From Plasmodiophora brassicae (lineage: Eukaryota), in assembly GCA_036867785.1 (NCBI GenBank), contig CP145409.1:1426001-1490000 (forward strand): a DNA stretch of 64,000 nt, in the 5' to 3' direction. The translations under genes were made by a program, and so were the position numbers. Under the pieces are notes generated by a model, which worked only from the letters and a program-made list of their open reading frames with translations, had not been told where the DNA came from and ran no database searches. Positions 24,469 through 37,828 of the stretch are shown here, piece after piece (position 1 is the first letter of the stretch; each line of letters starts with the position of its first letter).

Positions 24469-26093
24469 CTAGGCGTTATTGATGTCTAGCTGATCGCTGG
24501 CCCAGAACTGGTCCTCCAGTGACCGCAGGAGCGTGTCCGTGACCTTGAAGGACATGCCCCGGGCCAGGATGTCGTCAATCGAGCCGAACAATGACGACGC
24601 GGGGCGCTTCTTGATCTCTTGGACGATCTGCTCAAATTCCATCACCGTTAGGTATGGAGCCGCATTCGCCAGCGCGCCCAGAGCCACACGGAAGATCTGC
24701 TTCCAACCCTGTGGCAGACGTATTGTCAGATGGCGATCTGGGGAGGGGGCCCTCCGTTCCCAGTTTGCCGGCGCCTACCCTGAGGATGAACAAGTCCCAG
24801 ACGCGGCCAGCATCTTCAATCGACAGCGTATACGTGAATAGTGATATGAACCATTCGGACGCGTATAGTTCCATCTTGACGCCCTCGTTGGAGAAGTGCA
24901 TGTGAAGTTCCTAATACGGAGCCAAGCTTAGAACGCGTATCGTGTAGCGGCATGGTATTTGAAAGAGGCAGCGTACGGGTAGATTCATGGCAAGCAGGTG
25001 GTCCAGCTGCCAGAGGCACAGGCACAAGTGCGGCAGGCCGTGCACATACATCCATCGATACCCGTAATCACGCATGACAATATCCAGCAGGACGAACGCT
25101 CGTGTCTCGTTCGTGATGGAGAGAAGGAACGCCGCCAAGTAGTTCATGCCCTGGCAGTATCCAACCTGACACGCACACGGCGATGATAAGGACGCAGATA
25201 CTGTCGAACGACGTCGGTGCGATCGACCCATTACCTGAGGGTCCATGATTGCATAGCAGCGCAGCAGCCGATACAGGGCATCGGGGGCAGCCGGTTGACT
25301 TGTAAACGTGACTTCATCTGGCATGGTCCTGAAGATCTGTGCGGCACCACGACCCGGTCAGTGTCCCGCCGGGATAGTGAGCAGTAGTCGACGCACGTCT
25401 CGACGTATGCGCATGCAATGATCAGCAACCTCAGGTGGGTCTTGGTCGATCGCCATCAGTTGCTGTACGACAACCACAGGTCAGACGCAGGACGCGCGGG
25501 CCGGCATATGAGTATGGGGCCACCTACACAGTACATATGCGCAATCTCACTGGATCGGGCATCAGCGGCTCCGATCAGGTACATCCTGTTGCAGGTGGAA
25601 CTGTCAAGGGCAACGTGCTGATCGTACGGCGAACGCACGTATACCATGCATGGAAGCGACACGGTTGCAGGTCGCCCCTGCGGACGCATTGCTTGATGAA
25701 TGGCGCGTACCGCAGCAGGGATGTCATAGCCACGTTCCACGTGTGGTTCACGCGGCACAGGACGACACAGTCGCGCATGGACAGGTAGGCGACGATCGAC
25801 GCCAGTGCCTCGGAGGACAGCGGCAACATGTCGCCGACCGGCATCTGGACAGGCTGACGATGCAAAACCGGTACTCGTGGCGCTGGCCTGAAACGATAAT
25901 TATCGCATTCGCTGATGGACAGGGCCGTGCGACGTAGGCGATGTGGGGCGCGACGACGCCTGCGCTCCTCGTCGCGACTGTTCCGCCTCGTCTCCTGCAC
26001 GATCAGGGCGCTGCCAGCGGCAACGGCAATCAGCCCCAATGTCGCCAGGGCCAATCCGGCGGCGGCCGCCCCTGCACCGCGCTCGTTCGTCAT
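24469..26093 (-). CDS. TBC-domain Rab GTPase-activating protein with N-terminal TM and F-box-like segment; multi-exon
   Basis: VGYCQGMNYLAAFLL, LYASEWFISLF, RVWDLFI. N-terminal AAAGLALATLGLIAVAAGSALIV and LPLSSEALASIVAYLSMRDCVVLCRVNHTW. Confidence 0.85.
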
Positions 26094-26359
26094 GTCGCAT
26101 ACGACAGGCGCGTCACCGTGACAAGTGCTGAACTGCGACGCGGAACTTCCGCCGCCGACTCCGCCGCTGCAAACGTCGGCAGAGACAGCTGCCACCAGGG
26201 GCCGGGCACGGGGCCCCAGCCCCAGGAAACTGCGATACGATCGATACCTTCCTGACGCGTGCCGCCCCTGGCTCGGTGACGCTGCGCACGGGCCTGCGTT
26301 GTCCTCTGGTTCAGCCCGCGCGCCTGTGTCTTCCATGCATACACCTCCTTGGTAGGTAC

Positions 26360-29300
26360 ATGCGTATGCAGGGTGCAGCGTGTCGCAGCTGGCGGTAGAA
26401 TAGTGCGCGACGCGGTGGGGGGTGCAGCTGCCTCGGTTCGTGGCGGCGCCGCTGCAACCCATTGTCGGCACTCGCAGGTCACCGACCGCATGCATGGCCC
26501 CGGGCCATCAGCAACTGGCGGCGCACCTGTGCAATGCGTCGACGACCACATGTACCACTGTCCGACGCCATGTCGCGCGGCGCTTGCGCCATCCCGGCGG
26601 CGGCGACGGCTCCCGCCACCACCCGCAGGCAGCCGGCGGCCTCGTTGGCCTACTGGGGCGTCTGCCTGTCGACGACCTGCCCCGTGTCGTACCGAGGACC
26701 GTCGGTTTGCTGGACGATGCGCAACGGCTGCAGGTGCTGCGTATCCTGGTCGGGCGGTCCGTGTCGCTCGGGCAGGCCTACCTTCGACTGGCAATGCGAT
26801 CTCCATCATCCCATGCCCTGTCCATCATGGTGAACGCCTGCTGGCGCACGGGGAACGCCCATGCCGCGTTGCATCACGCACTGGAACTGGTCGCAGGTCG
26901 GTGCACCTGTGTCCTGTGCCAATTGTATTCGTGAGCTGACCTATACGTGGCAGTGCACGGGTGCCGTCCGACGCGCAACGTCCTAACGACAATGATACGG
27001 GCCGCTGGCCTGTGCCGACGACCTGACATGATTGACGCCCTGTGGGACCTCAGGCGTAACGTGCTGCGATCCGCTTCAACGGTCGTGCCGCCTGCTGATG
27101 AAGTTTCTGGCGCCTGCAGGGTCGTATGGGATCAGGGCCGACGCGCGCATGCATGCTGGACGATTACGCGCGCTGGCCGACGCGCTGCCCCACGACCTGC
27201 TGGCACCCGTGATCGATCAGTGCAAAGCCGAGATGGACGCGGATGACGTGTCCTCTGACCTGCACGTGTACGGCGCCCTGATCGCCGCCGTAGCCCGATT
27301 GCCAGTATCATCGTCCCGAATCGACGTCATGTTTGCCGAGCTGTTATGCAGTACGTTGTCCATACTCGAACTCGTGGGATGCATTGCCTGAGCACGCTCC
27401 CCTGCTTGTCTGCCAGGTGGCCTGACCCCGGGTATCCAACTGTACAACGTCCTGCTGGACGCGTTTGCCCGTCAGAACCAGGTCGATCGTGTCATGGCCG
27501 TCGTCGAACGCATGCGCCAGAGCGAGCTGACGCCGACCGTGTTCACGTATTCCATCACGTCGCATTGCCTGGCCAGGAACGGCGCCGTGCACGAGTGCCG
27601 CCGCGTTCTTGACGCCATGGTCCATAACGGTACACCGCCCCGCCCATCCGTGCATGCTCGCGACCTGCTTCCTAACCCGGCTGACGTTCAGGGGTGCGAC
27701 CGAACGGCGTCACCTTGTCGGGCATCGTGTCTGGTCTGTCGCAGGCCGGCCTGCACCGCTATCGGTACAGCCTGGTATGTCACGTGTACGACCTATGGGA
27801 GTGCACGCAGGGGCCTTCATCGGCATCCGAATGGGATCCCCTGGCGCGCTCCATCCTAGTTCGCGCGTTGCTGCATGGGCCCGGCCAACCCAGGCGTATA
27901 GACGACGCTCATGCCCTGGTGCGTCAGTCGTATGCGGTTACCCAGCGGCCGCCCGCCATCTACGAGGTTCGTGCGCTGGCAACGTCGTCCGACCTTGGTC
28001 CGTTCCTTGTCGCCCGGTTCGGCCCTGATTCCTACCTGTATCGCGCGGCCCTACGTCATGCCATCCGCAACGATCGGCTCGACGTCTGTGATCGGATCGT
28101 GACCATCGTCAGCCGGCAGCGTGCCACATTGGGTATGGCCGTCTTGCCCGAGACCTGTCCCGTACCTGTTTGCTGACGCGTCGTCGCAGATAACCGTACT
28201 TTGCGCATCCTGCTGGTCTACCTGATCAACCGCCTGTGCACCTACCCGTTGTCGTTGCGCTTGCTTGACGCCTGTATCGGCTGCCTGACGTATGGCCATA
28301 GGTACTCTCCAGCGCTGAGTGACCATGTCCACTGGTTATATGCACTAGGCGTCGTGCCATGGGCGCTGACGGCATCGGTGTCACTCCTGGTCGGTGCGGT
28401 CACGTCAGACGAGCGTATGCCTTCAGAATCGTACGCCACAATGGACCTGCTGACGCCCCTTGAAGCCGGCGCTCTGCTTCGTGTCCTCTCGTGTCGCGAT
28501 GACAGCGACGGCTGTCTGGCGCTGGCCGACCGGCACGGGTACCTGCGTGGCTCGCCCGTCTTCGTCGACCTGTTTGGACGTACCGGTCGTCTGGCTGAAA
28601 TCGACGTCCTGCTGGGCGATGCAAACAACCAGGCGCGTGTCCCGTCGGCCAATTGGTACCGGTTGGCGCGCCGCCTGGCGTACGATGGCCACCTGGGTCG
28701 TGCCGTTCTGGCCATGCGATACGGTCGTGTCGGACGGGGCCCAGTGCCCATGGACGCGCTGGACGCTGTCCTGACCGTCTTGGGTCGGGCGGCCCTGTCG
28801 CGCCAATGCGAGACCTGGTTGCGTCTGGCCCCGTCCGCTGATCTGTCGTCGTACAACCGTCTCATGTTCGCCTACCGATACGATGAGGATGGTGTCACCC
28901 AGGTCCGGGCACGATTGCGAATCCAGGGCCTGCACGAGGACACGTGCACGATGAACATCATGCTGGGCATGGCGACCAGCGCCGACGATGCCACGCGCTT
29001 GTATGACGACATGACGGGGCGCCTGATCCCGCCGGATACCAGGACGTACACTCAGCTCCTCAACGCCCTGCATCGTGACTTCCAGCTCCCACATAGGCAG
29101 CGCTCCACGATCGCCCACTTCATCGTCAGCGAGATCGACAGATCGGGCATGGTAGGCCCTCTGCCGTTGCGCGATCGTGTCATCGCCACAATACCATGCT
29201 AATGTCTGTTGCGTGTGCATAGGTGGTGTCCAGTGATGCGTTCCTGTGTGAGGCGCTGATCAGGGCGCTCGGTCCGGCTGGGTACGACCTCGTCCTGCGC

Positions 29301-30339
29301 CGTTATTGGCCGTCGTGCCTGTCGCATCCGGTCAGCGACATCGTCTGGGCGCGTCTGCTGCGTGTGGACCCTCGTCGCACGTCGACGTTGGTGCGCCGGT
29401 TCATGGATGCCGGCCTACCGCTGACGTCGGCCATCTTCAACGAGCTCATCTTCCGGTGCAGGATGCGATCCGATCTGCCCATGATCGACCGCCTCCTGCA
29501 GCGCATGGACGGCGCTGGCGTGGCGTACACGTTGCACACGTACGCCATGGCCATTGCTGCATTCGGACGGGAGCACCAGGTTGCTCGCGCCGTCCAGCTG
29601 TGGCGTCGCCTGATCGACAGCGGCCACGCGCCATCGGCCCATGTCGTAACGGCGTTGATGGGCGCCCTGGGGCGCGACCATCGTGCTGACCAGGCGCATC
29701 GCCTGTTCCTGCTGACGAAGCCGACCCTTCATGCCCGGGCACAGCCGTCGTTGTACGCTGCCGTCATGCTGTCGCATGCGACCGTCGGCGACCTGGCCGC
29801 CTGCAGGGATCTACTTGACGACGCCAGGCGCGATGGCATCGTCCCCGATATCCACATGATGAACGCGCTCATACGCGCCTGCCGCATGGCGGGCGGCCAG
29901 GCCGCCCTGGCTCAGTGTAGGCGTCCCGTTCTCCTCTGCGTTGTGTCCGCGTCGATTCATCATTGCGCCTTGTTCAGCCATATTCGACCTGATCATGGAC
30001 CTGGGCTTGGCGCCGACCACGACTACCTACAACGACATGTTGCACCTGTATGCCAACCAGGGTGATGCGGAACGCTGCCAGGTCCTCCTGGACCACATGC
30101 GGCAGCACCAGGCGCACCTGCAACCCGATGCTCGAACCTTCCTGCTCTGTGCCCACGCCTACACGGTCCAGGTATCCGCCCAGGGTCGCTCGATGACTCC
30201 CGACATGTACGTCAATGCTTGCTAGTAGTAGCAGCTCGAGGGGCGTAGGTTTGCTGATCGCGTGTGCTGTGCAACCAGATCCGATCGCATCTCCCAGCTG
30301 CGCCGCCTGGCCCGAGCCGCGCCCCGCCCTTGCAGGTGA
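26360..30339 (+). CDS. Pentatricopeptide-repeat (PPR) protein; multi-exon, ends approximate
   Basis: 35-aa repeats such as YNVLLDAFARQNQVDRVMAVVERMRQSELTPTVFTY, TYAMAIAAFGREHQVARAVQLWRRLIDSGHAPS, DGIVPDIHMMNALIRAC. Confidence 0.88.
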
Positions 30340-30784
30340 AGCATGTCAGAGGCGGGGGTCCCTGAGCGATCCTCTAATATAGGATTGTGTGTCCATCTAC
30401 CGTATGCAGGTAGCGTAAGTAGGTACTGTACCTACAGCCAGGCGTCCAGGAGACAGGAATAGCTCGGGACGGCTCTTCGAATTCCGACCCCCGACTTGTA
30501 GCTACATGCAGGGGCGACGGTACGGGTACATAGAACTGCTCAGGTAACCAGTGGCTTCTGGCTAGCGTTTATGGGCTTTAATGAGCTGCACTCCACATGG
30601 CGAGGTAAGGGTACTTACTGACCAGATCAGTACGCAGGGTACGAGGGTACTGATCTTATAGTACTTCAACAATGTGGCTCGAGCGTTGAAATGGCAAGGT
30701 GAACTAACTGGATCGTTCCGGGAGAACCCACTAACGCTGAGTGTACACGGGTGAGAACCTCTTATATCCTACCTATTGAGCGAG

Positions 30785-31854
30785 ATGGCGAGCATGACGC
30801 CCGTGGAATGGACGGCATCTGCGGTCGGCATTGGTGGCACCGTTGTGGCGACATGTGCGTTCTTGGCCGCCTCCTGTACGGTGGTCACTATGACCCAGGA
30901 GAGAAAGGTCACACTCATGCTGGCATCCATCTTCGGCGCGACATTCTGCAGCGCCATACGTGGGGTCTGCGTAGCGGTTATGTGGCACCTCTATTCGTGG
31001 TCGCCTTCGCAAGCGGACATGTGCAACGTCCTCGCTGGAGGAATCCTCTCCTTCTTTTGTAAGTCTGGCTCCTATTCCTGCGAACGCCCACAGATAACAA
31101 AATGGATCAATTGGGCCTGATAGATACCATGGCTGTCGGATCTGTTCTGCAATTCCTGTACTGCCGTGCGTTGCTGGTCGACGAGAAAGCGGCTTCCACG
31201 TAGTTTATGAAACTGGTCCAGCTCGGGATTTTGGGCGTGTTCCCGTTCGCCATCTTCAATGGTGTTGCGTCAAACGGTCAAGTTAACGATGCGTACCGCA
31301 TATGTGTGCCAAGTAATCCTGTGTACGTGGCGGCCTTGATTGTCCTGGCCAGCGCCACGTTCTCTGTCCTACTGATCTACAAGTTTACAACGTCACTACG
31401 TGAACACCAAGCCCGTATGGCATCGCCGCAGAGTGGCGCGGGCGTCCATGCTCGCAACGACAGGCTGGAGCAGATCGCGCGTCGGAACTTATTCTTCTCG
31501 TCCATTGCACTCGGGTTCACCACCAGCACTATGGTTTGCCTTCTCATCAACAGCATTGTGTTCCCACCGTTCGATCCACTGCATATGGCGATCGAAAATT
31601 TAATTGGCATTGTCGACGTGTCCATCAACTGCATAGTAATCTGCACCTGCTCGAATGTGTACGTGTCACGCACGACCTGGGGTATTTATAATGAATCTGA
31701 ACTGCCATCCGATGCGCCAGGTGGATTCCGTCAGCGCTCAAGGCGAAGATCACTACGATGCAAAAGCAGACGCCGACTACCAAAACGGTGCCGGGCAATG
31801 CCTCAACCACCGGCGGCAGTACCATGGGTTGAGGGCGGCAGTACCATGGGTTGA
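30785..31854 (+). CDS. Multi-pass (7TM/GPCR-like) membrane protein; 3' end falls in a foldback
   Basis: Successive hydrophobic helices, conserved-looking Cys residues, LEQIARRNLFFSSIAL, IGIVDVSINCIVIC. Intron near 31059-31123. Confidence 0.6.
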
Positions 31855-32436
31855 GGCATTGCCCGGCACCGTTTTGGTAGTCGGCGTCTGCTTTTGCATC
31901 GTAGTGATCTTCGCCTTGAGCGCTGACGGAATCCACCTGGCGCATCGGATGGCAGTTCAGATTCATTATAAATACCCCAGGTCGTGCGTGACACGTACAC
32001 ATTCGAGCAGGTGCAGATTACTATGCAGTTGATGGACACGTCGACAATGCCAATTAAATTTTCGATCGCCATATGCAGTGGATCGAACGGTGGGAACACA
32101 ATGCTGTTGATGAGAAGGCAAACCATAGTGCTGGTGGTGAACCCGAGTGCAATGGACGAGAAGAATAAGTTCCGACGCGCGATCTGCTCCAGCCTGTCGT
32201 TGCGAGCATGGACGCCCGCGCCACTCTGCGGCGATGCCATACGGGCTTGGTGTTCACGTAGTGACGTTGTAAACTTGTAGATCAGTAGGACAGAGAACGT
32301 GGCGCTGGCCAGGACAATCAAGGCCGCCACGTACACAGGATTACTTGGCACACATATGCGGTACGCATCGTTAACTTGACCGTTTGACGCAACACCATTG
32401 AAGATGGCGAACGGGAACACGCCCAAAATCCCGAGC
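31221..32436. repeat. Inverted duplication with 588-bp arms (31221-31808 / 31849-32436) and a 40-nt spacer
   Basis: Coordinates sum consistently to 63657 and no mismatch was seen. A 22-bp tandem duplication GGCGGCAGTACCATGGGTTGAG lies at the centre. Confidence 0.95.
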
Positions 32437-32741
32437 CAGATCGGCAAACCACTTGCTGACCAAACAACAGGCACCGCGCCTAGGTGACTGACGGCCTGTC
32501 AGGCGTCGACGTAACAAGTCGGCGCCGAAGAAGAGTCTGTGCGAGCATTGACACAATGAACCGAAACGTTGCCGATGGTCGACGACTGACGAATCATCCA
32601 TAAGTACTGTCGAGCATTACTGGTCAACGGGAAAGCGTCGCCGACGATGTTGATGAAACTACTGGTAGGTAGGTTGGTCGACGTTGACGCGCGGGTTCGG
32701 CAGTGTGGCGCACAGTACGTAGTATTGCGGGGGCCGGGGAT

Positions 32742-32767
32742 GGGGGGGGGGGGGGGGGGGGGGGGGG
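32742..32767 (+). repeat. Poly-G tract (26 nt) upstream of the RBM5-like gene
   Basis: Directly visible. Confidence 0.9.
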
Positions 32768-32902
32768 TCGCCGGCGAACACGCCGAACAGTGTCCAGTGG
32801 AGGGCGTGCAGAGTGCAGACGGGCGCGCGCGGCCTCCCCGCCTGCAGTCCCGCCGTCGGCATCTATATTTGTGCGTAGCGGACGGCGTCGTGGTGGCCGC
32901 CG

Positions 32903-34888
32903 ATGCCAGATCGGCAAATGACGGGCGGCGTGGACGAATTTGGACGCGTGCATCGTGTTCGGCGATCCCGATCCCGATCGCGGTCGCCGCACCGCCGTCC
33001 GAGGCGAAGCCCGTCGCCTGCGGGCGATCGACATCGGGAGCAGTCGCGGTCGCCGCGGCATGGCGCGGCGTCGCCTCCGGGGCGCGAGCGTTCGCGCCGG
33101 TCGCGCTCCGCGGATCGTGAGCGTTCGCACCGGTCGGGAGACGAGCGCGGATCGACAGTTGTGGTCCAAGGCCTGTTACGATCGACCACCGAGGAGGTTA
33201 TTCGTGCGGCGATGGACACGATGGCCCACGTCAAGCGTGTGACACTGGTCGTCGACGAAGCGACGCAGCAATCCATCGGCGTCGCCTGGGTCAAGTTCCT
33301 GTCCCGACACGAAGCGCAAACCGTCATGGATCGTCCCGACCCGGTCGTCATCGATGGGCAGACCTGCACGCTATCCTGGGCCAAACGCGACGCGTCGTCG
33401 TCCTCGGGATCGCATCACCACCACCGATCGTCGTCATCGTCGTCGTCGTCGTCGCGACACATTTCGTCGTCGGCCCTGCAGGAACAGATCGACTGGGCGG
33501 CCGCCTCCGCACAGAAACGCGCCAACGCCGCCGCTGAGGGCGGTGTCGGTCAAGGCCCGCCAGGATACATCTACGATGCCAGCACGGGATACTACAAGGA
33601 CCCGAACGGGGCCGTCTACTACGACCCCAAGACGCTCCTGTTCTACAATGCGGTCACCGCTCTGTACTATCGATGGGATCCGCAGGCCAACTCGTACCAG
33701 GTCGTGGACGTTCAGCAGCAGCAGCAGCAGCAGCAACCACAGCAGCAGCAGCTGCAGCAATCCCAGCAGGAGCAACCCGCTGAGCAACAGCCGTCCGCCC
33801 AGCAGGAGACCACCGAGAGGGCACAGACGCCCGCCCCGAAAGCAAAGGCCAAGTCGACGGCGCCGGCGTCCATCCCGGTCAAGTTCTCCATCCTCGGCAA
33901 GAAGCAATCGAAGGACATGGAGCGGTGGAATCAGAAGAAGACGGAGCTGGTCGCTGCCGATGACGATGCCGGCGTCAGGCACGGCGCTGTCGCGATTCGG
34001 CCGCTGACGAAGACGGCGAAGGCGTTGGTGCAGGACGGGGCGACCGGCGCTGACATTGATCAGCGTCAGCAGCAACAGGCGGCGAGCAATGCGGGCGGTA
34101 CGCGTACGCGCATGTACATCTCTGTGGAGAAGCTCGCCTGCCTGCTGTGCCAGCGCAAGTTCAAGGATGCGGCGACGCTGGCGAAGCATGAACTGCGGTC
34201 GGAGATGCACAAGGCGAACCTGGCCCTGGACGAGTACGCGCAGGTGCAGCGCCTGGAGCGCAGCGCCGCCTCGCTCGGCATCGACCTGCTTCCTGCGTCC
34301 GGTGGGGCGCCCGCCGTCGTCCGTCGCAAGAGGCACCATCAGCAGCAGCATCAGCAGCAGACGCCCAACGATATGAAGGGGTTCGACCGTGGGCACATAC
34401 GGGCACCGTCGTGTGCCATTGCTTCCATTGCACAGTGTTGGTTAACGCTTCCGTTCGTCGTTCTGGCAGTGATTCATTGATCCGGGGCACGGCGTCTGGC
34501 CCGACAAGCGGGGGCCCTGGGCCGCTCGACGAGACCAACGTGGGCAACCGGTTGCTGCAGTCGATGGGATGGAAGGTCGGCGAGGGCCTCGGCAGGAACG
34601 GCACCGGCATGACAGAGAACATTACGGTATGTATGCGGGATCAGCGCCGGCCTGCGCCTGTATTCGCCCACCGAACCAGCCACTGATCACGGGCGACGGC
34701 CGTTTCGTTCGGCGTTGCCATTGTCGTGCGTACAGGCCCATCAGAATGTGGAGCGCGCCGGACTGGGATGCGCGCCGGTGGCGGCACCCGAGATCACCGC
34801 GGGCGATAGTCGCCGCGCGATCGCCGCCAAGTACGCCCTGGCCCGGTACCAGGACGGGCGTCGGGACGGGCACGGGGTCGCCCGCTGA
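32903..34888 (+). CDS. RBM5/RBM10-like splicing factor (RS region, RRM, OCRE, C2H2 finger, G-patch)
   Basis: RSRSRSP; RRM (STVVVQGL...GVAWVKF); OCRE GYIYDASTGYYKDPNGAVYYDPKT; LACLLCQRKF...HELRSEMHKANL; NVGNRLLQSMGWKVGEGLG. Confidence 0.9.
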
Positions 34889-35099
34889 CGTCGACTCTAT
34901 CATACACGACGGGGGGGCGTAGATACATACATGGTTGGGTTGATTCAGCCAGGGGCAGGCGCCGACGTGTGAGCAGACAGAGAGAGAGAGAGAGAGAGGA
35001 GGCGCCGAGTTGGGGGCGTTGCCGGTGAGGGGCGCCGCTCCCAGCGGTCGCGTCGAGTACTGCGCCACGGAGCAGCAGCAGCAGCAGGCGGCGCGCGCG

Positions 35100-37112
35100 A
35101 TGCTGCCAACGTCACGCTCCGTCATGGCAGGCCTGCGCCATGCCGCACGCCGCCTGCGTCAGGCCCGGTGGACATCGTCGGCCAGGGCAGCGGCGCCGGC
35201 GGGAGCGGCCCGGGCAACGGGTCGCCCGGACCTGGAGATGTCGCGCGAGGCGGCCGCCGCCATCGCGTTCCTGACGGGGCAGCGCCCGAGCGGGTCGCCG
35301 CGGACGCCCCGGTACACGGCCGGGACGAACGTGCGGGCGGCGCTGTCGCAGGCGAACCTGACGTCGGACGACCTGGCGCGCCTGTTCGTGCACAGCCTGA
35401 GCCAGCAGACGGCGGCGGCGACGCACGACCAGGACGTGGCCGACCTGCTGCAGCGGATGGTGGCGCTGGACCCGCGCGCCGTCACGCTCGCCTCCATGTC
35501 CATGATCGTGTCGTACGCGTCCAAGTACGAGTTCAGGCAGATGGCCCTGTTCCGCCCGGTCCTGCCCGTCGTCTGCCGCGTGATCCAGCAGGCCGACCTG
35601 ATGGCCGTCGACCAGCGGTACCTGTCGACGCTGGCGCACAGCCTGACCCGGTTCATCATGGCCGGCCACGCCCTGCCCGACATGTTCCACACGGTGCTGC
35701 CGGCGCTGGCCAGCGCCGCCCACCATCGCATCGACCAGATCGACGAGGTCGGCCTGGGCCTGCTGGCCTGGTCGTACGCGCGCGTCGACCCCCGCCCCGA
35801 CCTCATGGCCGCCATCGCCCGGTCCGCCGCCGCCCGCATCGCGTCCTTCCCATCGTCCAGCCTCTCCATCATGCTGTGGGCGTTCGCCCGCGTCGACTCG
35901 ACCAACGACTGCACGGACGACGTGTTCAGGGAGGCGGCCCGCGAGGTCATCGCCCGCCTGGCCGCCGATCGCCAGTGCATGACGCCCCAGCAGCTGTCCA
36001 ACATCGTCTGGGCGTTCGCCAAGGCGGGCCGCGTCCAGACCGACCTGTTCGTGGCGGTCGGCGCCGCCCTGGTCGGCCGGATCGGGCAGTGCGCGCCGGC
36101 GTCCATCGCCAACACCGTCTGGGCGTACGCCGCCGCCCGCCTCACCAACAAGGCCCTGTTCGACGGCATGGCGCGCCAGGCCCTGCGTCGCATGGGGGAG
36201 TTCAGGGCCCAGGACCTGGCCATGACGGCCTGGGCCTTCACGCAGGTCGGCCGGGCGAACGCCGACCACGCCGCCCTGTACGGCGCCATGGCGCGCGCCA
36301 CGACCGACACGCGCCGCCTCGGCCAGTTCCAGCCGCACGACGTCGCCCTGATGGCCATGGCGTACGCGCCCGTCACCTGCATCGACGCCGACGACCTGTT
36401 CCGCGGCCTGGCGCGCCACACGATCCGCCTGATCGACGAGTTCGACCCGTTCCAGGTCGCCAACGTCGCCTGGGCCGTTGCGGCGCGCGCCGGCGCCCTC
36501 GGCCCCGGCCTGGTCGCCGGCGACCCCGTCGTCCAGGCCCTGCTGCAGGCCATGGCACGATCCGCCCTGCACCGTCTGCACCGGTTCCCGGGGCCGGCGC
36601 TGGCCGCCCTGGCCCAGGTGCAGGCCCGGTGCGCCGCCCAGATCGACCGGGCCCTGTTCGCCGCCGTGGCGCGCGTCGCCGCCGACATGGTCGACGACCT
36701 CGGCCCTAGCGTCCCCGACCTGGTGCGCGCCTTCGACGACGCCGACAGGCGCCTGCAGCAGCAGCAGCAGCAGCAGCTGGCGAACAGCGACGTGCACCGG
36801 ATCCTGGCGCTGACCGGCCTGGCGTCCGCGTTCATCCCCGGGAGGACCTGCGCCATCACCGGCCTGCAGGTCGACTACGCGTGCGACCAGGACGGCAGGC
36901 AGGTGGCCATCGACTGCAACCTGGACGACGGGCAGCGCTTCGCCGGCGGTAACGACTACGTGCGCCTGCGACGCCTGCTGCTGCGCCGGAGCGCCTCCTG
37001 GGTCGTCATCGACGTCGACGCGGGCCACTGGGTCGGGTCGGACACGGACAAGACCAAGGTGCTGGTCGACGGCATTGAGCAGGCCATCGGCGCCACCGCA
37101 CCTGCTACATAG
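35100..37112 (+). CDS. Organelle-type helical-repeat RNA-binding protein (FASTK/RAP-like), single exon
   Basis: Repeats PQQLSNIVWAFAK, PASIANTVWAYA, AQDLAMTAWAF, PFQVANVAWAVA. C-terminal VDYA...VAIDC...LRRLLLRR..WVVI resembles a RAP domain. Arg/Ala-rich presequence. Confidence 0.8.
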   Translation: MLPTSRSVMAGLRHAARRLRQARWTSSARAAAPAGAARATGRPDLEMSREAAAAIAFLTGQRPSGSPRTPRYTAGTNVRAALSQANLTSDDLARLFVHSLSQQTAAATHDQDVADLLQRMVALDPRAVTLASMSMIVSYASKYEFRQMALFRPVLPVVCRVIQQADLMAVDQRYLSTLAHSLTRFIMAGHALPDMFHTVLPALASAAHHRIDQIDEVGLGLLAWSYARVDPRPDLMAAIARSAAARIASFPSSSLSIMLWAFARVDSTNDCTDDVFREAAREVIARLAADRQCMTPQQLSNIVWAFAKAGRVQTDLFVAVGAALVGRIGQCAPASIANTVWAYAAARLTNKALFDGMARQALRRMGEFRAQDLAMTAWAFTQVGRANADHAALYGAMARATTDTRRLGQFQPHDVALMAMAYAPVTCIDADDLFRGLARHTIRLIDEFDPFQVANVAWAVAARAGALGPGLVAGDPVVQALLQAMARSALHRLHRFPGPALAALAQVQARCAAQIDRALFAAVARVAADMVDDLGPSVPDLVRAFDDADRRLQQQQQQQLANSDVHRILALTGLASAFIPGRTCAITGLQVDYACDQDGRQVAIDCNLDDGQRFAGGNDYVRLRRLLLRRSASWVVIDVDAGHWVGSDTDKTKVLVDGIEQAIGATAPAT

Positions 37113-37234
37113 GTCGCGACCGACGCGCGCACCAATGATACAATGTAGGCAAGCGCGACGCGCCGACGTTCGTCGTGTACGGTAGCAGTTTGTGTAGTAG
37201 CGGGACACGAACGGGGGCGACCCATAGAAACAGA

Positions 37235-37828
37235 TTAACGGTTGGCCTTGGAGACACGCTCGATCTCGTCCTTCTTCTTGATGGCGTACGACTTCTGGTT
37301 GTCGTTGGCGGCGGCCGCCACGATCTCATCGCACAGGCACTCGGCGATCGTCTTGATGTTGCGGAACGCGGCCGTCCGGGCGCCGGCCGTGATCAGGAAG
37401 ATGGCCTGGTTGACGCGGCGCAGAGGCGACACGTCGACGGCCTGACGGCGCACAACACCGGCTGACCCGATACGGGTGGAGTCTTCGCGCGGGCCACAGT
37501 TCTGGACGGCGTCGACGAAGACCTGGACCGGGTTCTCGCCCGTCATCAGGTGGATCAGCTCGAACGTGTGCTTGACGATGCGGACGGCCATCAGCTTCTT
37601 ACCGTTGTTGCGCCCGTGCATCATCAGCGAGCAGACGAGGCGCTCGACAATGTTGCACTGCGCCTTACGGAAGCGCTTGACCTGGAATCGGCCGGCCGAG
37701 TGCGGCAGGAACAGCGCATGCTTGTCCTTGACGGCAATGTAGTCGGCCAGCGAGATGTCCTTGATGGTGATGTCATCGAACGACCACTTGCCAAACAGCT
37801 TGACGTCGACGGCGTAGTTGGCCGCCAT
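37235..37828 (-). CDS. RPS5: 40S ribosomal protein S5 (uS7)
   Basis: [62 protein letters not shown]. Confidence 0.98.
   Translation of the reverse strand: MAANYAVDVKLFGKWSFDDITIKDISLADYIAVKDKHALFLPHSAGRFQVKRFRKAQCNIVERLVCSLMMHGRNNGKKLMAVRIVKHTFELIHLMTGENPVQVFVDAVQNCGPREDSTRIGSAGVVRRQAVDVSPLRRVNQAIFLITAGARTAAFRNIKTIAECLCDEIVAAAANDNQKSYAIKKKDEIERVSKANR

Noticed and set aside
31803-32474. Second membrane-protein gene on the minus strand
   Set aside because: It is the mirrored arm of the foldback and lacks the 5' exons.
34979-34998. (GA)n tract and CAG runs in neighbouring genes
   Set aside because: Ordinary microsatellites and polyQ tracts.
35112-37208. 698-aa and 566-aa antisense ORFs and a 513-aa alternate-frame ORF
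   Set aside because: Shadows of the very GC-rich RAP-like gene, with no motifs.
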